Positions 46,191-54,994 of a stretch of 64,000 bases of DNA are shown here, one piece after another. Below the pieces are notes generated by a model, which worked only from the letters and a program-made list of their open reading frames with translations, was not told the origin of the DNA and did not search any database. This stretch comes from a virus: the IMG/VR virus record IMGVR_UViG_3300045988_098461, positions 1 to 64,000 of that record. The stretch is one strand, 5' to 3'. How positions within the stretch are numbered: position 1 is the stretch's first letter; the number at the start of each line of letters is the position of its first letter. Both the position numbers and the translations under genes were made by a program.

Positions 46191-46409
46191 ATGGAAACAA
46201 AGAAAATTGCTCGATTCAGATTTACAGCACTTGCCCATACTTTCGATAGTTGGGATGAGGTTATAAGTTATTACGAAAGACTTGTAGAGTGTGGTGAATG
46301 TATGGTACTTCCTACTCTTTCATTTTGGGATGGTAAGGTAAGAACCAATAAGTGGCACGCACATGTTAAAAAGAATGGTAAAATTGAGTTTACAGAAATT
46401 GAAAAATAG
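46191..46409 (+). CDS. hypothetical protein
   Basis: 72-aa ORF. Ends in TAG. Confidence 0.5.
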   Translation: METKKIARFRFTALAHTFDSWDEVISYYERLVECGECMVLPTLSFWDGKVRTNKWHAHVKKNGKIEFTEIEK

Positions 46410-46420
46410 GAGATACGACA

Positions 46421-46786
46421 ATGGAGACAATAAACGTAAATGAGCTTTTAAATAAGCTCTCAGATAAGCAGAAGCAACTTCTAAAAGATACTATTATTAA
46501 TGGCTGTTGGGGTACATGTGATAGTGAATTTGTAAACGAAAAAGGTATTATTATTGTGTCTAATTGTTATGGATATGTTGTTAATTTAGCAAAGGAAGCA
46601 GGGCATTTCAATGGTCGCCAAATATCAGCAATGTTCCGTTCTATATATAGCAAACTCTGCCCGAATAATGGTACAGGTAATTTTCTTTCTCATATCTCTA
46701 ATTATTGGGGTAATGGTTCGGGTGATGCTTTATTCATAAAGAGAGATTATGTTATAGCTTTCGAGCGTTGGGCAAGAGAGCAATAA
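46421..46786 (+). CDS. hypothetical protein
   Basis: 121-aa ORF after TAGGAGATACGACA. Confidence 0.5.
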   Translation: METINVNELLNKLSDKQKQLLKDTIINGCWGTCDSEFVNEKGIIIVSNCYGYVVNLAKEAGHFNGRQISAMFRSIYSKLCPNNGTGNFLSHISNYWGNGSGDALFIKRDYVIAFERWAREQ

Positions 46787-46807
46787 CTCAATGAAGGAGA
46801 TACGACA

Positions 46808-47038
46808 ATGATTACAATTATTAATAAATACACTGGCGAGGTTATCACCAAGTACTCAGGTGCTTTGGTTGGTGAATCTACAGAGGATTCTTTTATTGCC
46901 AACGCAAAGGGTTCGGGTACGTTCAGAGGACGTTGGAATGCTATCGTAGAGTATTTTATTCCTCTGAAAGGGTTGAATGCAACACAATGCCTTCTTAAAA
47001 GCCAATACGCTGTGAAGGAATGTATGAAGAAGAAATAA
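46808..47038 (+). CDS. hypothetical protein
   Basis: 76-aa ORF after AAGGAGATACGACA. Confidence 0.5.
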   Translation: MITIINKYTGEVITKYSGALVGESTEDSFIANAKGSGTFRGRWNAIVEYFIPLKGLNATQCLLKSQYAVKECMKKK

Positions 47039-47066
47039 TTAACGTTTAAAAATAGGAGATACAATT

Positions 47067-47453
47067 ATGGAAATCAAGGTAAATATACCACAAAACGATT
47101 ATGTTCAACCAACCGAAGTTAGAGAGGAAGTCGTACAGGCAATCTGTAATGCCTTCTTATCTAATAGTTGTTGGGATATTTTTCATCCTTTCTCAGGTGC
47201 AAATAATGGTAGCCGACCTGCTACAAGACGTATTAGTTTGAGCAATCCATGTTTTAGTGGACATGCCAACGATAAGGATATGGTTAGAATACATGGATGT
47301 GAAATGAAAGCTGCCTTTAAGGTGTTGATGAAGGCTGGTTATCACATGTATAAAGTGTATGACTATGGCTCTTGGATGGGTTACGCTTGCGATAAGAAAC
47401 CTTTCCGTGAGGGTGCATCTGAGGTTCTTACGTTTAACGACTTTATTGATTAA
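47067..47453 (+). CDS. hypothetical protein
   Basis: 128-aa ORF after TAGGAGATACAATT. Confidence 0.5.
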   Translation: MEIKVNIPQNDYVQPTEVREEVVQAICNAFLSNSCWDIFHPFSGANNGSRPATRRISLSNPCFSGHANDKDMVRIHGCEMKAAFKVLMKAGYHMYKVYDYGSWMGYACDKKPFREGASEVLTFNDFID

Positions 47454-47457
47454 GCTT

Positions 47458-48057
47458 ATGTTTATAGAATTTAAGGATTTAAACGTAGTATTTAGGAAAA
47501 AGTTTCCTTTGGCTATCGTGTATCTTGATAAGTATGATAGTGAACAATTCTTGAAGAAGCAAGGAATGGCAAAATCTGGCTCATATTGCAATTTTAGCCC
47601 ACTTATTGCTATCGTTGATTTTGTTCCGCAGAAAATCGGGTGTGAGATAATTTTTACTAATTATCGCATTCTTAATAAAAAGGAAGAGGAAGATGCTTTA
47701 GCTATCTTTAAAAGAAGCAATCTTACTATCAATGATAAAGGGTTTGTTTCCTTCCTTGATTATAAGCAGATTTGCTTTGAGGTAGATGGAAATATTCTTC
47801 CTTATGATGATTTCTGTAAGTATCAGCTACCTAAGAATAAGGTATTCAAACTAGTCTTTGATAATGGCTTCTCCTATCATGGCTCAGAACCTTTTAAGGG
47901 TGATGCAAAGAAGTATGCTGATACCGCAATAAGGATTGCTGAGAAGATTGGTTATCTTTGGTTTAGTTGGAGAATGGGTTTCACACTTAACAATCTTCTT
48001 AACGTAAGAGTTGTTTACGGAAAAAATGAAAGTTATTCAGAAATATCTAATACATAA
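47458..48057 (+). CDS. hypothetical protein
   Basis: Start at ATG 47458 (MFIEFKDL...). Confidence 0.5.
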   Translation: MFIEFKDLNVVFRKKFPLAIVYLDKYDSEQFLKKQGMAKSGSYCNFSPLIAIVDFVPQKIGCEIIFTNYRILNKKEEEDALAIFKRSNLTINDKGFVSFLDYKQICFEVDGNILPYDDFCKYQLPKNKVFKLVFDNGFSYHGSEPFKGDAKKYADTAIRIAEKIGYLWFSWRMGFTLNNLLNVRVVYGKNESYSEISNT

Positions 48058-48416
48058 TGATTATGGAAGAGATTAAAGAAAAGAAGTTTATCATAGAAGC
48101 AAAGGGCGAAGTGCCCTTTGCACAACGCACGGGTGATGGCTACGAGCTATTCAATAACGAACGAACAATGAAGTTCTGTGCGAGAAGGCAACAGATACTG
48201 GATAATGAAACGGGTGAACAGAAATCTTGTTTTGCTGTTTTCTGCTTCGTTAAAGAGGATGATGGATGGGTACAAGGTGATAACTATCATCAGACGGAAA
48301 CCATCACCTCTTTTGTTAAGGATTTGAATATCTCTCCTTATTTTACCAATGCTGTAAAGGAATATCGTGAGCAGATGGAAATCACAGAAATATGGGAGGT
48401 GAAAAAATGGGAATAG
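48057..48416 (+). CDS. hypothetical protein
   Basis: 119-aa ORF. Ends in TAG. Confidence 0.5.
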   Translation: MIMEEIKEKKFIIEAKGEVPFAQRTGDGYELFNNERTMKFCARRQQILDNETGEQKSCFAVFCFVKEDDGWVQGDNYHQTETITSFVKDLNISPYFTNAVKEYREQMEITEIWEVKKWE

Positions 48417-48607
48417 GAGCGATTTTAATCATCATAGGCGCATCCGTCATCGCATTGAGCAGCGTTGTTGCTGTTGGCGCAATGAATGGAAAATTAGAAG
48501 GTGTGGTAACCATACAAGAAAAAATCTTGATTACTATATTCTTATTCATCTTACTCATAACGGGTTGGGTGCTATTGTATAACGGAATATCAATAATTAA
48601 TCTGTAA
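48407..48607 (+). CDS. small 2-TM membrane protein
   Basis: ATG 48407 after GGAGGTG. Hydrophobic throughout. Confidence 0.45.
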   Translation: MGIGAILIIIGASVIALSSVVAVGAMNGKLEGVVTIQEKILITIFLFILLITGWVLLYNGISIINL

Positions 48608-48611
48608 TAAA

Positions 48612-49172
48612 ATGGGAAAGAGATTAAGCTTAGAAGATAAAGCTAAAATAGCTAACGGCAATGAACGTCATTGTAGGCAATGCAATCATCGTGTTTGCCC
48701 AGATGGTTTGCTTGAAGTATGTTCGGAGGCTTTTATTCGAGGGTACAAGAAAGGCTATAAACAAAGTCAGAAAGAACAGAAAGAACGTATTGATAAGATA
48801 CTCCACCCTGTTACTGAGCCTTGTGGTAGTAATGCTATCTTTGTCTTTTTTAGAGACGTAAGAAGTGGTGAATTACAACCTTATATTGAGGATATGAGAA
48901 TGCCTGATGCTAAACGTTACCAAGATATAGGTTCAATAAAGTTTTCGCCAGAAAAAGACGAGCCGCAGAAACTACAGATTGCATGGTGTTATCCGAAGGA
49001 TTTGATTAAGCTTCTTGGATATGACAAGAAGTATGCCGATTTTGAGCGTATAGCTCTTTCTGAAGGCGCATTCTCTTATCCTCGTGAGGAATATGAGGAA
49101 AATCTTCAGAAGTACTCTTCCGTGCGCTATGAACACAAAAAATATTATCATTATCGGAAATTAAAAAAATAG
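48612..49172 (+). CDS. hypothetical protein with N-terminal Cys cluster
   Basis: CRQCNHRVCPDG. Ends in TAG. Confidence 0.5.
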   Translation: MGKRLSLEDKAKIANGNERHCRQCNHRVCPDGLLEVCSEAFIRGYKKGYKQSQKEQKERIDKILHPVTEPCGSNAIFVFFRDVRSGELQPYIEDMRMPDAKRYQDIGSIKFSPEKDEPQKLQIAWCYPKDLIKLLGYDKKYADFERIALSEGAFSYPREEYEENLQKYSSVRYEHKKYYHYRKLKK

Positions 49173-49179
49173 CTTTGCT

Positions 49180-49374
49180 ATGGATAAAAATGATATTAGT
49201 CTAACAGTTATACTTGAAATCGGTGGTAACCTTTGCGGTATGACCATAAAGGATAAGGATGATAAAGTTGTGCTATTCGAGCATTTGTCATTTAATGAGC
49301 AAATTAAGATTCTCAATAGCCTTAGTCAGAATTATAACTGCCTTGTGCGGTTCTTAAAAGAAAAGGAGGGATAA
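49180..49374 (+). CDS. hypothetical protein
   Basis: 64-aa ORF. Confidence 0.45.
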   Translation: MDKNDISLTVILEIGGNLCGMTIKDKDDKVVLFEHLSFNEQIKILNSLSQNYNCLVRFLKEKEG

Positions 49375-49377
49375 GGT

Positions 49378-49467
49378 ATGAATTTGGTTCTATTTGTATT
49401 GATTATCATATCTGTTGGGGTTACTTTCGGATGTCTTGTGCAAGGTAATAATAATAAGGAGAAGTAA
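49378..49467 (+). CDS. 29-aa membrane peptide (hypothetical)
   Basis: MNLVLFVLIIISVGVTFGCLVQGNNNKEK fills the gap after an AAGGAGGG motif. Confidence 0.3.
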   Translation: MNLVLFVLIIISVGVTFGCLVQGNNNKEK

Positions 49468-49470
49468 AGT

Positions 49471-50319
49471 ATGGAAGCAACTATTTTATTAGGCAATCAT
49501 AATGATTGTAAGATTGATACGGGAAGATATGTAGAAACGGACGTTATGGGTTGGAAAGCCACTATCTATGTACCGAGTGGTATTGATAATGAGCAGATTC
49601 AGAAAGCCCTTGATTACGCTTATTCTACTCTCTGTCAGAGTTGCTATATGGAGTTTATCTTGGCAGACAACTTCCTTCTTATCTCTAAGGAGGTCTTTGA
49701 TAAGAAGAAGGTGTTTAAGTTCAATCTTAAAAAGCACTTTACTGAATGCCAAACATCTATTCGTGATACGATGAAGTTGTATGAGCGAAATATGGATGAA
49801 GACTACTATAATGAGTATTCTACCTATCTTTGGGATTTGATTAAGGATAAGGTTGAGAAGTTACGAAAGATGATTGAGGATAAGCTTCGCAATCTGAAAT
49901 GTAAGTATAACCCTTATCTCTGCTCGTATGTCATTATGATTCAGAACCTCGTACAGCAGATTAATGATACCCATATACACGTTATGGAGATTACCGAAAG
50001 GGAGTATGGAGTTGATATTGCTCCAAGCTACGAAAATTATCGGGCTAAAATGGCATTCACGCAAGCGGATAATTGTCTGTACGACATCATGCACGATGAA
50101 GCAGAGAAATTCCGTGACAATATCGTTAAAGATAAGAAGGTTATCGCCGTATGGTCTGATATAACAAGAACTCTCTATGACCCTATCAATGCAAAGAAGG
50201 CTCGTTTCTCGGCTTTCTATAGTATGCCTAAGGAAACACAAGCTCTCTATAATTTGAGAGAGGAGGATGGCTTCTGCGAGCCTAAAGAAGGTACTAAGAA
50301 ATTCAAGAAAGGAGCGTAG
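49471..50319 (+). CDS. hypothetical protein
   Basis: 282-aa ORF. Confidence 0.5.
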   Translation: MEATILLGNHNDCKIDTGRYVETDVMGWKATIYVPSGIDNEQIQKALDYAYSTLCQSCYMEFILADNFLLISKEVFDKKKVFKFNLKKHFTECQTSIRDTMKLYERNMDEDYYNEYSTYLWDLIKDKVEKLRKMIEDKLRNLKCKYNPYLCSYVIMIQNLVQQINDTHIHVMEITEREYGVDIAPSYENYRAKMAFTQADNCLYDIMHDEAEKFRDNIVKDKKVIAVWSDITRTLYDPINAKKARFSAFYSMPKETQALYNLREEDGFCEPKEGTKKFKKGA

Positions 50320-50322
50320 GGT

Positions 50323-51066
50323 ATGGAGTTAGATAATATTTACTTCGGAGATTGCATTAACCTTATGCGTGATATTCCTGATAAAAGCATAGATTTATGT
50401 GTTACGGATGCACCATATCTCCATAATAAATCGCCACTTAGTCCTACGTATGATGGGAGTGAATGGAATCAGAAAAGTTCCTTTGGAAAATCGGAGCTTT
50501 ATAAATATGGTGGTGATATGATGGGAGGGATGAGTTGTTTTGGCGAAGAAGAAATAGATAAGTTCCTTGATGCATTAAAGCCGAAAATGAAGATAATGAA
50601 TGCTTATATGTTCTGTTCGGAAGAACAGGTACCGTATTATTGTAACTGGGCTAATAAGAATGGCTTGATGTTTACAATACTCGTTTGGGAAAAGCCGTTA
50701 TCTATCATTAACAAAAATCGTTTTTCGCAGAACCTGGAGTACATAGTACGAGTATATGATTACGGTACTGCTCTTAATCGGTTAAATAATAACTTGTATT
50801 ATAATCGGGTAAAGAAAGAAAAACCGATTAACGGGAAAAGTAAGAATCATCCAACAGAAAAACCTGTCTCAATTATGCAAGAGTTCGTTGAACTGAGCAG
50901 TAATGAGGGTGATGTGGTCTTGGATGCGTTCTGTGGCTCTGGTACGCTTGCGATAGCGTGCATTAATACTAACAGACATTTCATTTGCTTTGAGAAGAAT
51001 AAAAAATTCTTTGATATTGCTAAGAAACGGGTTAAAGAACGGAAGCAACAACAAACAATTTGGTAA
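50323..51066 (+). CDS. DNA methyltransferase (beta-class N6A/N4C type, orphan)
   Basis: Motif IV-like VTDAPY near the N-terminus and motif I FCGSGT near the C-terminus. No adjacent restriction gene. Confidence 0.8.
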   Translation: MELDNIYFGDCINLMRDIPDKSIDLCVTDAPYLHNKSPLSPTYDGSEWNQKSSFGKSELYKYGGDMMGGMSCFGEEEIDKFLDALKPKMKIMNAYMFCSEEQVPYYCNWANKNGLMFTILVWEKPLSIINKNRFSQNLEYIVRVYDYGTALNRLNNNLYYNRVKKEKPINGKSKNHPTEKPVSIMQEFVELSSNEGDVVLDAFCGSGTLAIACINTNRHFICFEKNKKFFDIAKKRVKERKQQQTIW

Positions 51067-51078
51067 TTAGTTATAGGT

Positions 51079-51237
51079 ATGAATAGAGAAGATATGCGTA
51101 GGCTGATACATTATGCACGTATTCGTGCTAAGCAAAGAGGATTAAAATTATCCCAAATTACCATTGAAGAATGTATTAAAGATATGCAATTTTGGGAGAA
51201 AGGGATTTTTGCGTATGCGCCTTTTAAGGTATCTTAA
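51079..51237 (+). CDS. small protein (hypothetical)
   Basis: 52-aa ORF MNREDMRRLIHYARIRAKQRG... Confidence 0.35.
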   Translation: MNREDMRRLIHYARIRAKQRGLKLSQITIEECIKDMQFWEKGIFAYAPFKVS

Positions 51238-51399
51238 AGAATAGACGGATTCTCATTTTATCTTAATATATATGTTGTATCTCTTTGGGGGCGGTGGTCT
51301 CGGCTGCTGCTCCCTTCTGTAAGTATAATAAGTTTATCAAGGTAAAGAAATAAGTCTCTGATTCTTAACACGAAAGCTATTAAGCACTATTAATTCCGA

Positions 51400-51471
51400 T
51401 TTATTTCTATTAATATCAAAAATAGTTGGAGAAAAATTTGGTAGTTCGCAGATTTCTTTTTAATTTTGCGG
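51400..51471 (+). promoter_or_regulatory. promoter of the antirepressor unit
   Basis: AAATTTGGTAGTT -33-like element and TAATTTTG at 51461-51468. Confidence 0.55.
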
Positions 51472-51477
51472 CGTTCA

Positions 51478-51699
51478 ATAAAATATCAGTGGTGAGGTTA
51501 GAAGCTCTGCCACAAAAAGGTAGGGCGTTTTTTATGCTCGCTTCTTAACGGATTACGATATACGTGTATCGCTTCCCTTGGGTGTATTGTAATGGTGCAT
51601 CCGTGCTTTCACTGATAGGCATTGAACAAAGGGTAAAGCGGTACACTCTTTTTGTTGTATCAACCCGACAAGTGTTTAACGTTCAAAAATATCAGTTCA
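51478..51699 (+). promoter_or_regulatory. ~220-nt structured leader with early terminator-like hairpin
   Basis: GCTCTGCC-N7-GGTAGGGC plus GTTTTTT at 51504-51533. ATCAGTG (51485-91) is complementary to CACTGAT (51610-16). AAATATCAGT is repeated at 51481 and 51687, next to the ATG. Confidence 0.4.
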
Positions 51700-52563
51700 A
51701 TGGACGAAATTAAAATTTTGCACAAATCTACTTTCCTAGGTAAGGAAATAGATGTATGGGGAACTTTTGATAACCCATTATTTCGGGCAAGTGATGTAGC
51801 AGATTGGCTACATAACACAAATGTCTCTAATATGGTTAAGAAGGTTGATGAGGACGAAGTGACTAAGTTTAACTTAGGCAGTCGTCAAGGTGAAACTCTT
51901 TTTCTTACAGAGAATGGTCTTTATGAGATACTTATGTTATCTCGCAAGAAGGAAGCCAAGCAGTTTAAGAAGGGAGTAAAAGCTATCCTTCACGAAATCC
52001 GCACCAAGGGCGGCTACATTGCTTCTTCGGTCAATGATACTCCCGAAGCTATCATGGCACGAGCCTTGAAGATTGCGGATGAGACATTGAAGCGGAATGA
52101 GCAAAGAGTTCGTGAGCTTGAAGCTTAGACCGAGCAGCAGGCACAGACCATCGGCATTCAGCAGAAAGAACTGACTGTTGCCGCACCAAAGGTAAAGTAC
52201 TACGATGATACACTTGCATCAACGGACTGCCTTACCACCACACAAGTTGCTGATGACCTCGGTATCAGCGCAAGAGCACTCAATCAACAACTTTCCAATG
52301 CAGGTATTCAATACTTTCAATCAGGTTCTTGGCATTTGAAGGGCAAGTTCCGTGAATGGCAGCTCGCAAGCACCCGAACCTACAATTATATCAAGGGTGA
52401 TGGTTCTACGGGCACAAAAGTAAACCTCGTATGGAATCAACGTGGCAAGCGTTTTATTCTTGCTCTCTATAACAACGACTTTAATGTGAAAGATGCTATC
52501 GCTGAAATCAACGGCGAGAAGAGAGCTGCGCTTGTATCTAAAAACAATCAGTCTAACTTTTAA
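51700..52563 (+). CDS. BRO-N / KilA-C antirepressor interrupted by in-frame TAG (52126-52128)
   Basis: N-terminal BRO-N pattern (FRASDVADWL...LFLTENGLYEILMLSRKKEAKQF). After the TAG the same frame encodes APKVKYYDDTLAS...TTTQVADDLGISARALNQQL...WNQRGKRFI (KilA-C pattern) up to TAA 52561-63. Confidence 0.6.
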
Positions 52564-52583
52564 TTGAATAGGAGAAATCAAAA

Positions 52584-52826
52584 ATGGATAATCAGAATAT
52601 GATGATAGAGGTAACAGTTGATAATGATGCTACTCAGCGGTGTGTCGGTCTGCTTAAAGAACTTATGGCGGTACAGGAGAAGGCTATGAAGTTCTTGGTA
52701 TCTGAGGGTATTGATGATAGCAATGAGGGTACGATGATTGCCGAGGGCATCGGTAACGCAGTGAAAGCCTTTGGTGGCGTACTGCCAGAGGGTATCTACA
52801 ATAATGTAGTCGGTATTGAGGTTTAA
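52584..52826 (+). CDS. hypothetical protein
   Basis: 80-aa ORF after TAGGAGAAATCAAAA. Confidence 0.5.
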   Translation: MDNQNMMIEVTVDNDATQRCVGLLKELMAVQEKAMKFLVSEGIDDSNEGTMIAEGIGNAVKAFGGVLPEGIYNNVVGIEV

Positions 52827-52893
52827 TGTTATGCGTGAATAGGAGATACGCAATACAACAAGGTGTAAATAATTATAGGAGATACAAATGTAA

Positions 52894-52933
52894 AAGGCAG
52901 TACTTTGAAATACGTGCTGCCTTTGTTTTGTTT
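52894..52933 (+). terminator. intrinsic terminator
   Basis: AGGCAG...CTGCCT hairpin followed by TTGTTTTGTTT. Confidence 0.6.
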
Positions 52934-52976
52934 ATATATAATCTCTGTATTTTCCTGTTATTTACAGAAAAAACTA

Positions 52977-52984
52977 TACCTTTG
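52977..52984 (+). promoter_or_regulatory. -7 box (TACCTTTG) for the gp10-like paralogue
   Basis: 24 nt upstream of ATG 53008. Confidence 0.5.
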
Positions 52985-53007
52985 ACATGGTAAACAAAAT
53001 ATAAGTT

Positions 53008-53484
53008 ATGGCAAAAGTACAATTACGAATTAAGGGTATTGAAGCCCTCAAAAAGAAACTAATGGAGCAAAGAGAGATAATGATTAATTATCTTACATAC
53101 GCTATGGCTGAACTAGGTGAGCGTGCTGTCACCTATTCTAAGGATAACAAGGGTTATCAAGACCATACAGCAAATTTAAAGAACACCATTGATTATGCTT
53201 TATTTCTTGATGGCGAACTTGTGTGCGTTGGCGACCACGAGGAATTAAATGGAACTGAAAAAGATAAGGCTCATTTTATCCCTGATGCAGCAGTTAAGTA
53301 TGCTCAACAGCAAGGTGTTATTGCCCCCGAAGGATATTCTCTTATCATTGCATCTGGTGTAGATTACGGTCAACATGTAGAAAATAAGGGCTACAACGTA
53401 TTGTACCTAACAAAATTCTTTCTTAAAGATGAAATGAAAAAGATAATACTTAAAGCTATAGAGAATGCGAAGCAAAATAACTAA
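53008..53484 (+). CDS. HK97-gp10-like protein, intact second copy
   Basis: 158 aa. Collinear with 31678..32157 (MAKVQLRIKG..., KDNKGYQDHTANLKNTI, GYNVLYLTKFFLKDEMKKI). Confidence 0.6.
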   Translation: MAKVQLRIKGIEALKKKLMEQREIMINYLTYAMAELGERAVTYSKDNKGYQDHTANLKNTIDYALFLDGELVCVGDHEELNGTEKDKAHFIPDAAVKYAQQQGVIAPEGYSLIIASGVDYGQHVENKGYNVLYLTKFFLKDEMKKIILKAIENAKQNN

Positions 53485-53508
53485 GAGTGAGCCAACTGAC
53501 CCACTCTT
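53483..53508 (+). terminator. terminator hairpin
   Basis: AAGAGTG...CACTCTT directly at the stop codon. Confidence 0.5.
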
Positions 53509-53540
53509 AGTTTAGTATAGATGTCCGTAATTCTTATAAG

Positions 53541-53571
53541 AAAGGCAGGGCACTATCTGCGCTCTGCCTTT
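53541..53571. terminator. bidirectional terminator
   Basis: AAAGGCAG...CTGCCTTT with a T-run. Lies between convergent units. Confidence 0.6.
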
Positions 53572-53717
53572 TCTTTTTCTCTTTGCTTTCGTTCAGCCCT
53601 TGCGAGCCGAATTTCTTCATTAATCTCGTCCATCGTCATATTGACGTTATTCTTCCTAGCTTCTTCTATGAGAGCATTGAAGTTCTCTAAAGCCTTCTTC
53701 TTTTCTTCTTCTGTCAT
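53553..53717 (-). CDS. small charged helical protein (hypothetical)
   Basis: 54-aa ORF MTEEEKKKALENFNALIEEARKNN... TAATG overlap upstream. Ends in a TAG inside the terminator stem. Confidence 0.4.
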   Translation of the reverse strand: MTEEEKKKALENFNALIEEARKNNVNMTMDEINEEIRLARAERKQREKEKAERR

Positions 53718-54304
53718 TATTTTATATTAATCAGTTCGTTTCTATCTATCTTAGGAGCTTCCTTTTTATCTGAATCAAAGTCGAGTATATATTTTTGAGG
53801 ATAACTAATACAATGTAGAAAAATATACTTCCTCTCATCAATATTTATAGCCCTTACGACAAAGGTATCATTTCTATAAAAATATGAGTTATTATCATTG
53901 AGAGTGAAATCAGCTCTTATCTTCTCTTTGATGATATTATTATCAACGGGCGTTTGCTCATATCCGTTCTCGGTAAGTAGATAAAGAAGCTTTTCGTTAC
54001 TTTGCAGTTTTAAGTCTTTATATTGGTAATCCTGTCCAACAACAATAAAGCTACCTGTTAGCTCACCAAGATGTTTATCTACATAACTATATCCTATAAG
54101 GCTATATATGTTAGACAATACAACCGTATCTTTATTCATTTCATCAATAGGATGAGTAGAGATATATTGCTTGATAGTTTGTTTGGTTGCATCTGGTATA
54201 GGCGATAAGCTTGTTATCTTCTGTTGAGCGTTGGCTGTTATACAAAAGAGAAGTTCACTAAATATACATATCTTCTTTATCTGTTTCATATTATTTATCT
54301 TCAA
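53717..54304 (-). CDS. secreted protein (signal peptide), hypothetical
   Basis: N-terminal KKICIFSELLFCITANAQQ. Confidence 0.55.
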   Translation of the reverse strand: MKINNMKQIKKICIFSELLFCITANAQQKITSLSPIPDATKQTIKQYISTHPIDEMNKDTVVLSNIYSLIGYSYVDKHLGELTGSFIVVGQDYQYKDLKLQSNEKLLYLLTENGYEQTPVDNNIIKEKIRADFTLNDNNSYFYRNDTFVVRAINIDERKYIFLHCISYPQKYILDFDSDKKEAPKIDRNELINIK

Positions 54305-54641
54305 GTGTTATAAAAGTCAGATTATCTTTATCACAAGAAAACATAGCTTGCCCCACATTATAACCTCCGAAGCCATTTTTTGCTCTATATGTAACAACAA
54401 ACAACTTCTCTCCCTGTTTTGACGTTTCTTGCTCTTGCATATCAACGAACTCATAACTATCTGGGTCACGTAATCGTTGTTTGATTAAATCGCCAGCCAT
54501 CGTCTCAACATACTCCTTGTTTTCGTACAGAGGGGTATTCATAAGTTTTTCTGTCTCTTTTTTGTTTTCATTCTGTCCGATAGCTATCATTAAAAAGAAC
54601 AAAATAACAAGGATTCCAAGACATCCACATCCCTTCTTCAT
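54291..54641 (-). CDS. membrane-anchored/lipoprotein-like small protein
   Basis: MKKGCGCLGILVILFFLMIAIG anchor, then RLRDPDSYEF...YRAKNGFGGY domain. Confidence 0.55.
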   Translation of the reverse strand: MKKGCGCLGILVILFFLMIAIGQNENKKETEKLMNTPLYENKEYVETMAGDLIKQRLRDPDSYEFVDMQEQETSKQGEKLFVVTYRAKNGFGGYNVGQAMFSCDKDNLTFITLEDK

Positions 54642-54657
54642 AACTATATCTCCTATA

Positions 54658-54885
54658 TTAATATTTATAAATTGTACAATACCTACTTAAAACACGCTCT
54701 GCGGCGTTATCTTTTCCTTGCTTGGTATATACTAAGGCAAGGCGAAGATAACCCGTTCTGCGCAAGCAACCGAGGTACATCAGCCGCTCGTAGCAATATG
54801 TGGCTCTGCTTAGTATTCCATCACGGAGGTAGCGTTGAGCCATTGCCGCCAACTCCTTTGGTGATGCGTTATAAATCTGTGTCAT
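54658..54885 (-). CDS. small TPR-like protein (hypothetical)
   Basis: 75-aa helical ORF, first gene after the promoter. Confidence 0.45.
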   Translation of the reverse strand: MTQIYNASPKELAAMAQRYLRDGILSRATYCYERLMYLGCLRRTGYLRLALVYTKQGKDNAAERVLSRYCTIYKY

Positions 54886-54910
54886 AACTCGTCTGATTTG
54901 GTTATGTATG

Positions 54911-54918
54911 CAAAGGTA
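54911..54918 (-). promoter_or_regulatory. -7 box (TACCTTTG) for the accessory cassette
   Basis: Reverse complement TACCTTTG about 26 nt upstream of ATG 54885. Confidence 0.5.
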
Positions 54919-54994
54919 GCGAAAAAATGAATACTATATATTTATATTGCATTTTTTATATTAATATAACCTTAATTTACATATCAATATATTA

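Noticed and set aside
53521-53730. Plus-strand 69-aa track ORF
   Set aside because: It runs through a bidirectional terminator and lies antisense to a better small ORF (53553..53717) that is translationally coupled (TAATG) to the upstream minus-strand gene.
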